64,000 nt of DNA from a virus: the IMG/VR virus record IMGVR_UViG_3300017917_004441, positions 1 through 64,000 of that record; one strand, written 5' to 3'. The position numbers and the translations under genes were made by a program. The notes beneath the pieces were generated by a model. That model was given only the letters and a program-made list of their open reading frames with translations. It was not told the DNA's origin and ran no database searches. How positions within the stretch are numbered: position 1 is the first letter of the stretch; every line of letters begins with the position of its first letter. Shown in pieces: positions 48,019 through 57,905 of this stretch.

Positions 48019-49536
48019 TCAGAATTGGTACAAAATAGAAGATTCGGGGAAGTAATATGCCCCATCTTTTATTTGGGAATCTTTGTTATCAAAAACTACA
48101 ATATCTTTTCCTCTTTTGACAAAAACCATCCAATCGGTGTTGTATTTTTTGACGTTAGCACTACCCTCTATTTTGAGTTCACCATCTTCATTGATGATTG
48201 AATTGAATGGTTTGATTTGTGCGGTATACACTTTTCCATCAATTCTGATTTTCATATCTACACCCATCATATCTTCCTTACTACCCAATTCACCTATCCT
48301 GTTGATATTTTCAGGACCAAATTTTTCTTTGAATTTCTTCTCAACAAGATCTTCTGTTTTGTTACCTTTCTCTGAGGTTTTTACCAAAATATTGAAAATC
48401 GTTTGAAATGTTTTTGAATTTGGATCAAAGATTCTAAATTTCAGTTGATTCATGAATCCCAACATTCTAGCCATTTCATTAATTTGTTCTTGTTCGTTTT
48501 TTCCCACGAAGTTGATTGGTTCCATATTTGCCCTGACCAAAACCAAATTCAGATCACGCATTAGTGGACAAAAAGCACTATAATTCGTGTTCAAATAATT
48601 GATTATTGATCTACCCGGCTTTTCAAAGTCATACACACCACTACTGGTTCTTGGTGCGTATTCGTTTCTTTCATAATGCTTATCGGCAAACACCTCGGCC
48701 AAAAATTTCATAATAGCGTCTTGATACATTGTCAAAACTGTGAGATTATTGTTGAACATTTCTCTGATTTTAGCCCTTTCTTGGTCGGAACAAGCTTGAA
48801 CTTTAGTCTGTTCTTTCATAATTCTTTTGATGGAATTACTCTCTTGAATATTTTTCTTGGTCAGTCTTTCCAATTCCTCTTCAACAAATTCCCAATTCAC
48901 GACTTTCCAAAAGTTTTTGATGTACTCATCTCTTTTGTTTCTGTACTTTAGATAATAGGCGTGTTCCCATAGATCCAATCCCAACAATGGATGACCACCT
49001 TGTTTTATAACATTCATAAGTGGGTTGTCCTGATTGGCGGTTGTCATAATTTTGAGTGTACCTCTTTTGGTTAGTACAAGCCAAACCCAACCTGATCCGA
49101 ATCTTTTCTTGGCGTATTCTTCAAACTTCTTTTTGAAATTCGCGTAGGATCCAAAGTTGGAATTGATCTTCTTTAGGATACCTTCTTTGGGTTCCATCTC
49201 TGTTGGAGACAACATTTTCCAAAATATCGCGTGGTTGTAAGCCCCACCCGCATTATCCCTTACAGACTTGGAAAACCTTTCAATTGTTTTGATAATTTCT
49301 TCCAACGAAAGATCACCATAATTTTTTCCTTCTAATGCGTCATTGAGTTTGGAGATGTATCCTTTATAGTGTTTGTTATAATGGATGTTCATTGTCTCGG
49401 GGTCAATGAACTGACGTAAGGCTGAATATCCGTAGGGTAATTTCTCTGCTCTGATTTTTTTGGCTTCGTGAAGTTGTTCTTGGTTTTGACGGATACGTTC
49501 TTCTAAGAGTTGTATTTTGTTTTTTATATTTCTCAT
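48019..49536 (-). CDS. Mn/Fe superoxide dismutase fused to a putative PD-(D/E)xK nuclease-like domain
   Basis: LPYGYSAL, H..KH, GGAYNH, FGSGW, NQD, DLWEHAYY; C-terminal TE...DMMGVD...TAQIK. Confidence 0.85.
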   Translation of the reverse strand: MRNIKNKIQLLEERIRQNQEQLHEAKKIRAEKLPYGYSALRQFIDPETMNIHYNKHYKGYISKLNDALEGKNYGDLSLEEIIKTIERFSKSVRDNAGGAYNHAIFWKMLSPTEMEPKEGILKKINSNFGSYANFKKKFEEYAKKRFGSGWVWLVLTKRGTLKIMTTANQDNPLMNVIKQGGHPLLGLDLWEHAYYLKYRNKRDEYIKNFWKVVNWEFVEEELERLTKKNIQESNSIKRIMKEQTKVQACSDQERAKIREMFNNNLTVLTMYQDAIMKFLAEVFADKHYERNEYAPRTSSGVYDFEKPGRSIINYLNTNYSAFCPLMRDLNLVLVRANMEPINFVGKNEQEQINEMARMLGFMNQLKFRIFDPNSKTFQTIFNILVKTSEKGNKTEDLVEKKFKEKFGPENINRIGELGSKEDMMGVDMKIRIDGKVYTAQIKPFNSIINEDGELKIEGSANVKKYNTDWMVFVKRGKDIVVFDNKDSQIKDGAYYFPESSILYQF

Positions 49537-49579
49537 ATCTCGGGTACTATCATTTATTGATTATAAATACCCCCACTTT

Positions 49580-51346
49580 TTATCTTCTGCTATTAATTGA
49601 CTTGAGAATTTCTTCTACATAGTCACCACTTGATTCCTTATCACCCATGATAGTTTCAAAAATATCCTTTTTCTTTTTTAGAATATCGTAAATAATTCCT
49701 TCAATTGTGTTGTCAAAAATCGGGTAATAAACCAATACATTGTTTTTTTGTCCGTATCGGTATGCTCTGTCCTCAGCTTGTGAGTGGTCTGATGGAAGGA
49801 ACGATAAATCGTTCATCACCACCGCTTCTCCTGAGGTCAGGGTAATACCAGTACCTGCCGCTTTGATGTTTCCAACAAATACTTTTACTGACTCATCATT
49901 TTGGAACTTGTCAACGGATTCTTGACGTTCTCTTTGGTTCATTGAACCATCAAGTCTCACCGCCTTTTTTCCAAAGTGTTCCAATATCATCTCAAGGGTT
50001 TTGGTAAAGTTGGTAAAGACAATAACCTTCTTGTCTTGTTCAATAATGTTCTCACACAGTTCAATGGTTGAGGATACTTTCTCTTGGGCGATACATTGGC
50101 GAACTTGGGTTAGTTTGGTGAACTGAAGGGTCAGGGAGTCCGCCTCACCACTTTTATCATACCAATCGTAATAGTCCCCCATAAGTTCCTCATATTGTCG
50201 TGAGCGAAGTCTCAGGTATACTGGAGTGATGATTTTATCGGGTAGATCAAGTACGTTTTCTTTTAGTCTACGTAAAACCTGTGGTTTTGTTCTGTCACGG
50301 AGTTCTTCCAAATTGGATGATCCACTGACGTTCCACACTTTTCTTTTTCCCGCTCTGAATTGGAATCCGTTACAGTATCTTTTTACATAAGCCATCCAGT
50401 TCACCGCAACGGGTGAGTCAATCAGGTTCAGAAGATTGTAATAATTGATAGGACGACTTGTGATGGGGGTACCAGTGAGTAACCACAAGCGTTCTACTTT
50501 TGAAGCAAAATCATTTATGAGTTTGGTTCTTTGGGCTTGTTTGTTTTGAATATAATGAGCCTCGTCAATAATAACCAAGTCAAACCCAGAATTAAGAATA
50601 ATTGAATCTTTCCGATTTTTCTCATCGTGGAAATTTTTAATGATATCGTAGTTTATAATTACAAAGTCGGCGTCCTCCCATTTCTTACCTTCAATGATTG
50701 AAGTGGTACGATCGGTGTAATTTTCAATTTCTCTTTGCCAGTTGATCTTCAGAGATGCTGGACAAATGATGAGGATTTTCTTTGACTTTGTCTCAAGTGC
50801 CGCTATGATGGTTGAGGTTGTCTTACCCAATCCCATGTCGTCAGCCAAAATCATTTTTTTGTTCTCACACAACTTTTGGATTGCCTCCTTTTGGTGTTCA
50901 AGTGGCGGACGGTGTGAATAGTTTGAATAGTCAATCTCAACATTCTTTACCGTATTGTCTTTGATAAGGGCAACTTTTGGTAACCAAAAGTCGTGAACAA
51001 AATCTTTTTCAAAAAACTTACCCCAAATATGATATGAGGTATCTTTTTCCACCAATAACTTTTCAATGTAAACTTGTTGGGGTATTGAGGTGAACAGTTT
51101 GTCATCGGCAATCTTCTGTGCGAAATATGGGTCCAAGTCAACCCACTTTTTGGCTACTTTGGGAACCCTTGAATGGAAGTTGATGATGTATTCTGACTGT
51201 GCACGGGTGGGGTAAAACTTTGGATTGTCCAACATTTTGGTTTTCAAACGCAAGATATAATTGTTGGCACCTTCGTATTTTTCCAACAGTTCCAATGCTT
51301 TACGCTCCAAAACGCCTACAGCTGATATGTTTGTCTGTTCTTCCAA
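49580..51346 (-). CDS. SNF2-family helicase (SMARCAL1/HARP-like)
   Basis: LADDMGLGKT, ICPASL, DEAH, LTGTP, LRRLK, AAGTGITLT, QAEDRAYRYGQ. Confidence 0.93.
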   Translation of the reverse strand: MEEQTNISAVGVLERKALELLEKYEGANNYILRLKTKMLDNPKFYPTRAQSEYIINFHSRVPKVAKKWVDLDPYFAQKIADDKLFTSIPQQVYIEKLLVEKDTSYHIWGKFFEKDFVHDFWLPKVALIKDNTVKNVEIDYSNYSHRPPLEHQKEAIQKLCENKKMILADDMGLGKTTSTIIAALETKSKKILIICPASLKINWQREIENYTDRTTSIIEGKKWEDADFVIINYDIIKNFHDEKNRKDSIILNSGFDLVIIDEAHYIQNKQAQRTKLINDFASKVERLWLLTGTPITSRPINYYNLLNLIDSPVAVNWMAYVKRYCNGFQFRAGKRKVWNVSGSSNLEELRDRTKPQVLRRLKENVLDLPDKIITPVYLRLRSRQYEELMGDYYDWYDKSGEADSLTLQFTKLTQVRQCIAQEKVSSTIELCENIIEQDKKVIVFTNFTKTLEMILEHFGKKAVRLDGSMNQRERQESVDKFQNDESVKVFVGNIKAAGTGITLTSGEAVVMNDLSFLPSDHSQAEDRAYRYGQKNNVLVYYPIFDNTIEGIIYDILKKKKDIFETIMGDKESSGDYVEEILKSINSRR

Positions 51347-51388
51347 TACGTAAAAAGATAATGTTTATTGGTATATTTATCAAGTAAG

Positions 51389-51904
51389 ATGATGCAGAAA
51401 CTCGTTCCAATTACAAGATTAGGTAAATTCTTCGGTAGTGAAGATTTTGGTTTGGACATATCCATGGGTCGTGAATGGCTTGATGGGGATATGAATTTCC
51501 AAGTGGTTCTATATAGAGTAGACAGAACTAAAAGTATCAACGATGACGTTTATGGTGAAGTAGTAAAAGATGGAATTCAATTCCTTCCACCTATCTCTAT
51601 AAATGCCTATGTAAGAATTGAAGAAGCAACAGAACAATTCTTGGGTACCAGTAAAGTCATTCAAAACGAACCTGGTGTTCTGAAGTTTAGTGTATATCAA
51701 AAAGAACTTGAAGACTTGGAAGTCAACATCCAACTTGGTGATTATATCGGTTATTGGATTACTGAAGATCAGGTGAGATACTACTCAATCGTGGATGCGG
51801 GTTCACCGAACTATGATAATAAACACACCTATGGAGGTTATAAGAAATTCTACTTCTCTTATACGGCAACCCCTGTTAGTGAAAATGAATTTAGAGGTCT
51901 ATAA
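51389..51904 (+). CDS. Head-closure/neck protein, T4 gp14-like
   Basis: VVLYRVD...DDVYGE; GDYI; located before tail terminator and sheath; late motif at 51374-51381. Confidence 0.6.
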   Translation: MMQKLVPITRLGKFFGSEDFGLDISMGREWLDGDMNFQVVLYRVDRTKSINDDVYGEVVKDGIQFLPPISINAYVRIEEATEQFLGTSKVIQNEPGVLKFSVYQKELEDLEVNIQLGDYIGYWITEDQVRYYSIVDAGSPNYDNKHTYGGYKKFYFSYTATPVSENEFRGL

Positions 51905-52947
51905 TGGCACTTCCAAAAAAACAAATAATTCCAAATATCAATCTTACCCCTGAAAAGATTCTTTATCAGAGGAGAGAACAACTATTGGATTATATCAAAG
52001 ATGACGGAACTTATCTTCCAAAGAGTTTATTACACGCTGATTTGGATAAGGGGTTCTTGGATTTTGTAAAAGAAGATTTACGAACGGTAGTTGAAGGGTC
52101 TGTTATTCAAACCGTTGATATAATTATCACCACACAAAATTGGGCTCAGTTGACTGAGACTTGGAATTTTTCGGATTTAAATGGAAATCCTGAATTACCT
52201 TTTATTACAACAGTAAGAAATCCTGATGTAAAATATGGTAGTAATCCAGCCATCATTTATAACATACCCAATCGTAGAGAATATTTTTATGCCGCGGTTC
52301 CTTCGTGGAATGGTAACGTAAAAGGTTTGGATATTTACAAAATCCCACAACCTGTTCCTGTGGATATCACTTATAACGTGAAAATATTGAGTAATCGTAT
52401 GAGGGAACTCAATGAATTCAATAAAAACGTTATTCAGACTTTTGCCTCAAGACAAGCCTACAGACAAATCAACGGACATTACATTCCTATTATTATGAAT
52501 AATATTACAGATGAGTCTGTCGTTGATATAGGGAGACGTAGATTTTACATCCAAAACTATGAGTTCACGATGTTAGCATTTCTTTTGGATGAGGACGAGT
52601 TTGAAGTTGCTCCCGCAGTCTCAAGAGTATTCAACACCTTTGAGTTAGTGAACAACGTAAGACCTAGTAAGAAAAAATCCTTTCCCGAAAACCCTGACAC
52701 ATTTGAATACTCAATGATCTACCCCCCAAGTGGATTGACTAAATCAATAGTCGTGGATTATACGGGTGACTTATCAATTAACAGAACTGTTAACGTGTCA
52801 ACCTATGACGTGTATATCAACGATGATTTTTACGGGTCTGATGTCAGTTTGATTCAGGTAAATACTAATGAAACTCTAAGGGTTGATATAACCCCCACTG
52901 ACTTGACTCAACCATCTGAGATAGTCTACGGGGTCAAGTTAGTATGA
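51904..52947 (+). CDS. Tail terminator/sheath stabiliser, T4 gp15-like
   Basis: LPFIT, PQPVPVDITYNV; located upstream of sheath. Confidence 0.65.
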   Translation: MALPKKQIIPNINLTPEKILYQRREQLLDYIKDDGTYLPKSLLHADLDKGFLDFVKEDLRTVVEGSVIQTVDIIITTQNWAQLTETWNFSDLNGNPELPFITTVRNPDVKYGSNPAIIYNIPNRREYFYAAVPSWNGNVKGLDIYKIPQPVPVDITYNVKILSNRMRELNEFNKNVIQTFASRQAYRQINGHYIPIIMNNITDESVVDIGRRRFYIQNYEFTMLAFLLDEDEFEVAPAVSRVFNTFELVNNVRPSKKKSFPENPDTFEYSMIYPPSGLTKSIVVDYTGDLSINRTVNVSTYDVYINDDFYGSDVSLIQVNTNETLRVDITPTDLTQPSEIVYGVKLV

Positions 52948-53097
52948 GTCTCCGTAGATGTCCCTTTTTTCCTGACATTTTTCCAAAATAAGGTTCTCTA
53001 AAAACTTATACATTTTCAAACCGTTCTTGTCACAATATTTTTTCAGAACAGAATGCGTCTGAGATGATATCTTTAGATTTTTGATTTCTTTTTTCAT
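52939..53097 (-). CDS. Small ribbon-helix-helix DNA-binding protein
   Basis: KNLKISSQTHSVLKKYCDKNGLKMYKFLENLI; start at ATG 53097; late motif at 53133-53140. Confidence 0.65.
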   Translation of the reverse strand: MKKEIKNLKISSQTHSVLKKYCDKNGLKMYKFLENLILEKCQEKRDIYGDSY

Positions 53098-53218
53098 AGT
53101 GAGAAAAAAGGCAGAAAAAAAACTGCCCATTTTATAAATAGAAAAGATTAAGTAAAGTTTTTGGGTTTTTGCCGAATATTTATGTAATAAAAATAAATTT
53201 TATTGAACCTAAAACAAA

Positions 53219-56200
53219 ATGGCAGTATCAAATAAAATATTCGTATCTCCTGGAGTCTATACTTCTGAAAGAGATTTGAGTTTTGTAGCTCAAAGTGTGG
53301 GTGTAACAACTTTGGGTCTGGTTGGTGAAACACAAATCGGTCCCGCATTTGAGCCAATCTTTATAACAAATTACGATGAGTTCGAAGCTTTCTTCGGTGG
53401 AACTCTTCCGGAAAAATTTGAAAACACACAAATTCCTAAATATGAATTGGCGTACATCGCCAAATCTTACCTACAACAGTCTAACCAATTGTTTGTTACT
53501 CGTGTACTTGGTCTATCAGGTTATGATGCGGGTCCTTCTTGGTCTTTATTGACTGTTGCGAACGTTGATTCTGCCACTGTTGCTTTGAATGGTTTGTCAA
53601 CATCTTTCTCTGTAGGATTCACAGGATGTACTAATGGAACAGGTGTTACTTTTACAGGTGGTGCTTTCGCTCCTCAGATCTTAGGAAATCTAAACAGTCC
53701 TTACCCTATGTTGAATGGTGGTGAGAGTACTATCGCAACTGACGTATCTGATTTCCTTCAAGGAATCATTGACCTACCAGCATCTTCAGGTTACACCGCA
53801 GCTTACTTCGGTACTATTCCTGACGCTAACTTCAATGCTTTGTCACCAACTTATACTGCATCAACAAACGTATTCGGAGTATCAGGTCTTTCTGAATCAA
53901 CCGCTGACTACACTTCACCAAACAACGACTCTTGGTACTACTCTAACTTTGATTTGACAGGTGGAACAGGATATTCAGGTTACTCATTCTTTGGAGTGGT
54001 AACTCAATTGGATGCTTTTGGTCCTTCAGGATGTTTCTCAGGAACAGTATCAGGTACGGTATTCAACTACGCAGGTACTGCATATGATGGTTGGGGAGAC
54101 TTGGTTGTTGCAACTTGGAGATCTCGTGGTATTTCTCTTTATGGTACTGGTCAAGACGGTCCATCTTATGTTGTGACAGGAACTACCGATGTTATCATTG
54201 ACTGTTCAGGAATTTACTCAGGTATCACATTCAATCCATATGCTACTTTCAACCTTTCAGGTGTTACTGCAGACGGTACTGATTTCGCATTTACAACTTC
54301 TATGAACTCAGGTGATCCAAACTACATCACCAAGGTATTCGGTATAACTAACTTTGGTAAACCAAGAAATGAGGTTCCGTTGTTCGTTGAAGAACAATTC
54401 CAAAATATGTTGAACTACGGTTACAACCAAGGATTCATTCGCGGTCTACAATGTGCACCATTGGCACTTCCTGGTTTGAGATATTCTCCTAACACAGCAA
54501 CTATTGCTAACTACGTTGAAAAATACCAAGACGCTGAATCACCATGGGTGGTTTCTGAATTGGAAGGCACAACTGTTGACAGATTGTTCAGAGTTATCAC
54601 TATTGCTGACGGTAATGGAGCAAACGCTCAAATCAAAGTAACAATTGAAAACATCTCTTTCAACAGTGCATCATTTGACGTTGGTGTAAGAAGTTTCTTT
54701 GACACTGACTCAAACCCTGTTTACTTGGAGAAATTTACTCAGTGTACTATGGATCCATCAAGCAACAGTTACATCGGTGTGAAAATCGGTACTGCTGATG
54801 GTGAGTACGCACTTCTTTCTAAGTACATCATGTTGGAGTTGAACGACAAAGCTAACCCTGATTCAGTACCTTGTGGTTTTGAAGGTTATGTTATTCGTTC
54901 ATACGGATCTGCTCAACCACCATACCCTGTTTACAAAACAGCATATAACTACCCTGGTGAAGTTGTAGGTAACCCACCTTTCAACATTCCTTTCGGTCCA
55001 AACCAAATCTTGTCACCTGGTGACAACGTAAGACGTACCTTCTTGGGAATTTCTTCACAAATAGGTTATGACCCTGATTTCTTCCAATACAAGGGAAGAC
55101 AAGCACCAATTAATTTGTGTAACGTTGATTCACTTCCATGGAATTACATCACAAAAGGATTCCACATGGATTCAGGAGCAACTGTTGTAACAATCACCTC
55201 AGGTCCTACCGCAGGTACACCAGCATTTGATTGTGGTGATGCTTCCTTCCAATCTAATCCTACAGATCCAGCTAACCCATACTACACAATCCAAGCTCGT
55301 AAATTTGCATTCTTGGTACAAGGTGGATTTGATGGTTGGGACATTTACCGTGAGTACAGAACTAACGATGACAGATACCAAATTGGTGGTTCATTGTGGC
55401 AGAGAGGTGCTTGTCCATCAACTCGTTACCCACTAGCAGATGGTTGGGGAGCATTCAAATTGATTGACCAAGATGGTTTCTCTGAGTTCTCAACTTCTGA
55501 CTACTACGCATACCTATTGGGTATTTCAACTTTCAGTAACCCTGAAGCGGTAAACATCAACGTGTTCGCTACTCCTGGTATTGACTACATCAACAACTCT
55601 AACTTGGTTGAACAAGCAATTGATATGGTTACATATCAGAGAGCTGACTCACTTTACATCGTGACAACTCCTGACTGTAACGTTCTTATCCCAACAAACA
55701 CGGATAACATTGTTCCTCCAACTGAAGCTGTTGATAACTTGAATAACACAGGTATTGATTCTAACTACACAGCAACATACTACCCATGGATCTTGGTTAG
55801 AGATACTGTAAACAACACCCAAATCTACATCCCACCAACAAATGAGGTTTGTAGAAACTTGGCTCTTACAGATAACATATCATTCCCATGGTTCGCAACC
55901 GCGGGTTACACAAGAGGTTTGGTAAATGCTGTCAAGGCACGTATCAAACTAACACAAGACCAAAGAGATACTCTTTACCAAGGTCGTATCAACCCAATTG
56001 CTACCTTCTCTGACGTAGGTACTGTAATTTGGGGTAACAAGACTCTTCAAATCGCTGACACTGCTCTAAACAGAATCAACGTAAGAAGATTGTTACTACA
56101 GGCTCGTAAGTTGATCTCAGCAGTTGCGGTTAGATTGTTGTTTGAACAAAATGACGCTAAAGTACGTCAAGACTTCCTTGACTCAGTAAACCCAATCCTT

Positions 56201-56380
56201 GACGCAATCAGAAGAGACCGTGGTCTATACGATTTCCGTGTAACAGTTTCTAATGATCCTGCTGATTTGGATAGAAATACTTTGACAGGTAAGATCTACT
56301 TGAAACCTACCAAGGCTCTTGAATTCATTGATATTGAGTTCTTGATCACTCCGACAGGTGCATCGTTTGAGAATATCTAA
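53219..56380 (+). CDS. Contractile tail sheath protein
   Basis: SPGVYTSERDLS, GPAFEP, PWFATAGYTRG, INPI, WGNKT, RINVRRLL, LFEQND, EFIDIEF. Confidence 0.95.
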   Translation: MAVSNKIFVSPGVYTSERDLSFVAQSVGVTTLGLVGETQIGPAFEPIFITNYDEFEAFFGGTLPEKFENTQIPKYELAYIAKSYLQQSNQLFVTRVLGLSGYDAGPSWSLLTVANVDSATVALNGLSTSFSVGFTGCTNGTGVTFTGGAFAPQILGNLNSPYPMLNGGESTIATDVSDFLQGIIDLPASSGYTAAYFGTIPDANFNALSPTYTASTNVFGVSGLSESTADYTSPNNDSWYYSNFDLTGGTGYSGYSFFGVVTQLDAFGPSGCFSGTVSGTVFNYAGTAYDGWGDLVVATWRSRGISLYGTGQDGPSYVVTGTTDVIIDCSGIYSGITFNPYATFNLSGVTADGTDFAFTTSMNSGDPNYITKVFGITNFGKPRNEVPLFVEEQFQNMLNYGYNQGFIRGLQCAPLALPGLRYSPNTATIANYVEKYQDAESPWVVSELEGTTVDRLFRVITIADGNGANAQIKVTIENISFNSASFDVGVRSFFDTDSNPVYLEKFTQCTMDPSSNSYIGVKIGTADGEYALLSKYIMLELNDKANPDSVPCGFEGYVIRSYGSAQPPYPVYKTAYNYPGEVVGNPPFNIPFGPNQILSPGDNVRRTFLGISSQIGYDPDFFQYKGRQAPINLCNVDSLPWNYITKGFHMDSGATVVTITSGPTAGTPAFDCGDASFQSNPTDPANPYYTIQARKFAFLVQGGFDGWDIYREYRTNDDRYQIGGSLWQRGACPSTRYPLADGWGAFKLIDQDGFSEFSTSDYYAYLLGISTFSNPEAVNINVFATPGIDYINNSNLVEQAIDMVTYQRADSLYIVTTPDCNVLIPTNTDNIVPPTEAVDNLNNTGIDSNYTATYYPWILVRDTVNNTQIYIPPTNEVCRNLALTDNISFPWFATAGYTRGLVNAVKARIKLTQDQRDTLYQGRINPIATFSDVGTVIWGNKTLQIADTALNRINVRRLLLQARKLISAVAVRLLFEQNDAKVRQDFLDSVNPILDAIRRDRGLYDFRVTVSNDPADLDRNTLTGKIYLKPTKALEFIDIEFLITPTGASFENI

Positions 56381-56391
56381 TATAAACAAAT

Positions 56392-56411
56392 GGTGGGGGG
56401 AAACCCCCACC
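56392..56411 (+). terminator. GC-rich hairpin after sheath gene (terminator or processing/stability element)
   Basis: GGTGGGGG-GAAA-CCCCCACC with a weak U-tract. Confidence 0.7.
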
Positions 56412-56430
56412 TTAGCCTTTAAAATAATTT

Positions 56431-57240
56431 ATGAGTAAAATAATAGAAGAAGGATTTGATGATTTGGGGATGCCAACTCTCAAATACTATGCTTTTGACT
56501 GGGATGACAATTTGATGTTCATGCCGACCAAGATTATTGTTCAGGATGAAGACGGAAAAGAAATCGGTATGTCTACCGAAGATTTCGCGGAACACAGAAC
56601 AAAGATCGGCAAGGAACCATTCAAATACGAAGGTAAGACCATTACTGGTTTTGCATCCGATCCGTTCAGAAACTTCACTACAAAGGGTGACAAACAGTTT
56701 TTGATTGACAGTATGAAGGCAAAACCCGGACCGGCTTGGGCGGATTTCGTAGAGGCGGTAAATAACGGGTCTATCTTCTCAATTATCACGGCAAGAGGAC
56801 ACAATCCAAACACACTAAAAGAAGCGGTTTACAATATGATTGTGTCTGACCATATGGGTCTGAATAAAGATTTATTGATTAAGAATCTTAAAAAATTCCG
56901 TGACTTTGTGGGTGATGGAAAAAAAGGGAAACAAGATATGATCCGTGAATATATGGACCTTCTCAAGTTCTATCCTGTAACCTATGGTGAGGGTTCGGCT
57001 TCTAATCCTGAAGAACTAAAAGTTCAAGCAATGAAAGAATTCATTTCCTATGTAAAGCAACAAGCAAAAGAACTAGGACAGAATGTATTCTTAAAGGACG
57101 ATGTAAAGAACAGATTTATACCTCAAATAGGATTTTCAGATGATGATATAAGAAATGTAGAAGTAATGAAGAAGCATTTTGAAGATGAACCAGTTCTTAA
57201 GACTTATTCTACTGCTGGAGGTGTTAAGACTAGATATTAG
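56431..57240 (+). CDS. HAD-superfamily protein
   Basis: FDWDDNL, IITARG, K, FSDDD..N. Confidence 0.7.
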   Translation: MSKIIEEGFDDLGMPTLKYYAFDWDDNLMFMPTKIIVQDEDGKEIGMSTEDFAEHRTKIGKEPFKYEGKTITGFASDPFRNFTTKGDKQFLIDSMKAKPGPAWADFVEAVNNGSIFSIITARGHNPNTLKEAVYNMIVSDHMGLNKDLLIKNLKKFRDFVGDGKKGKQDMIREYMDLLKFYPVTYGEGSASNPEELKVQAMKEFISYVKQQAKELGQNVFLKDDVKNRFIPQIGFSDDDIRNVEVMKKHFEDEPVLKTYSTAGGVKTRY

Positions 57241-57337
57241 AGAGAATAAATTTTTGAAAAACAAAGTAAAGTCAAAAAATTTTAAACGGCAGTATTTATA
57301 ATAAACTAAAATAAAAAAACAAAAAAAATAACATACC

Positions 57338-57826
57338 ATGGCAGACTTATTAATGAAAATGCCGGTTCCTTATGAACCAAAAAGAACCAACAGGTTTATC
57401 CTACGTTTTGATTCCACGTTGGGTATTAACGAATGGTTCGTTGAATCAACGGGTCGTCCAAGTATTGACATCAACCCTGTTGAGATTCCATTCTTGAACA
57501 CTTCTACATTTGTTGCAGGAAGATTCAAATGGAATTCTATAAATGTTAAATTCCGTGACCCAATCGGTCCATCAGCAACTCAGGCTCTTATGGAGTGGGT
57601 TCGTCTACACGCTGAATCAGTGACTGGTCGTATGGGTTACGCTGCGGGATATAAGAAAAACGTTGACCTTGAAATGTTGGACCCAACAGGAGTTGTTGTG
57701 GAAAAATGGATTTTGGAAGGAACGATGATTACAAAAACAGCTTGGTCTGAAGCTAACTACTCTCAGGACTCATTGGCTACTTTGGATGCAACTCTCCAAA
57801 TGGATCGTTGTATCTTGGTTTACTAA
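57338..57826 (+). CDS. Tail tube protein (T4 gp19-like)
   Basis: YEPKRTNRF, YKKNVDLEMLDPTG..VEKWILEG; late motif at 57293-57300. Confidence 0.9.
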   Translation: MADLLMKMPVPYEPKRTNRFILRFDSTLGINEWFVESTGRPSIDINPVEIPFLNTSTFVAGRFKWNSINVKFRDPIGPSATQALMEWVRLHAESVTGRMGYAAGYKKNVDLEMLDPTGVVVEKWILEGTMITKTAWSEANYSQDSLATLDATLQMDRCILVY

Positions 57827-57873
57827 GGTGTTTACTTTTTATTGTTGATTAATAAGCAACTCATGGTATAATT

Positions 57874-57905
57874 AACACAGGGACAAACTCCCTGTGTTTT
57901 TTTTT
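57874..57905 (+). terminator. Intrinsic terminator after tail tube gene
   Basis: AACACAGGGA-CAAAC-TCCCTGTGTT followed by a long T-tract. Confidence 0.85.

Noticed and set aside
57845-57872. Sigma70-like TTGATT-N16-TATAAT
   Set aside because: It runs straight into the tube-gene terminator and could easily arise by chance in AT-rich DNA, so it is unsupported without TSS data.
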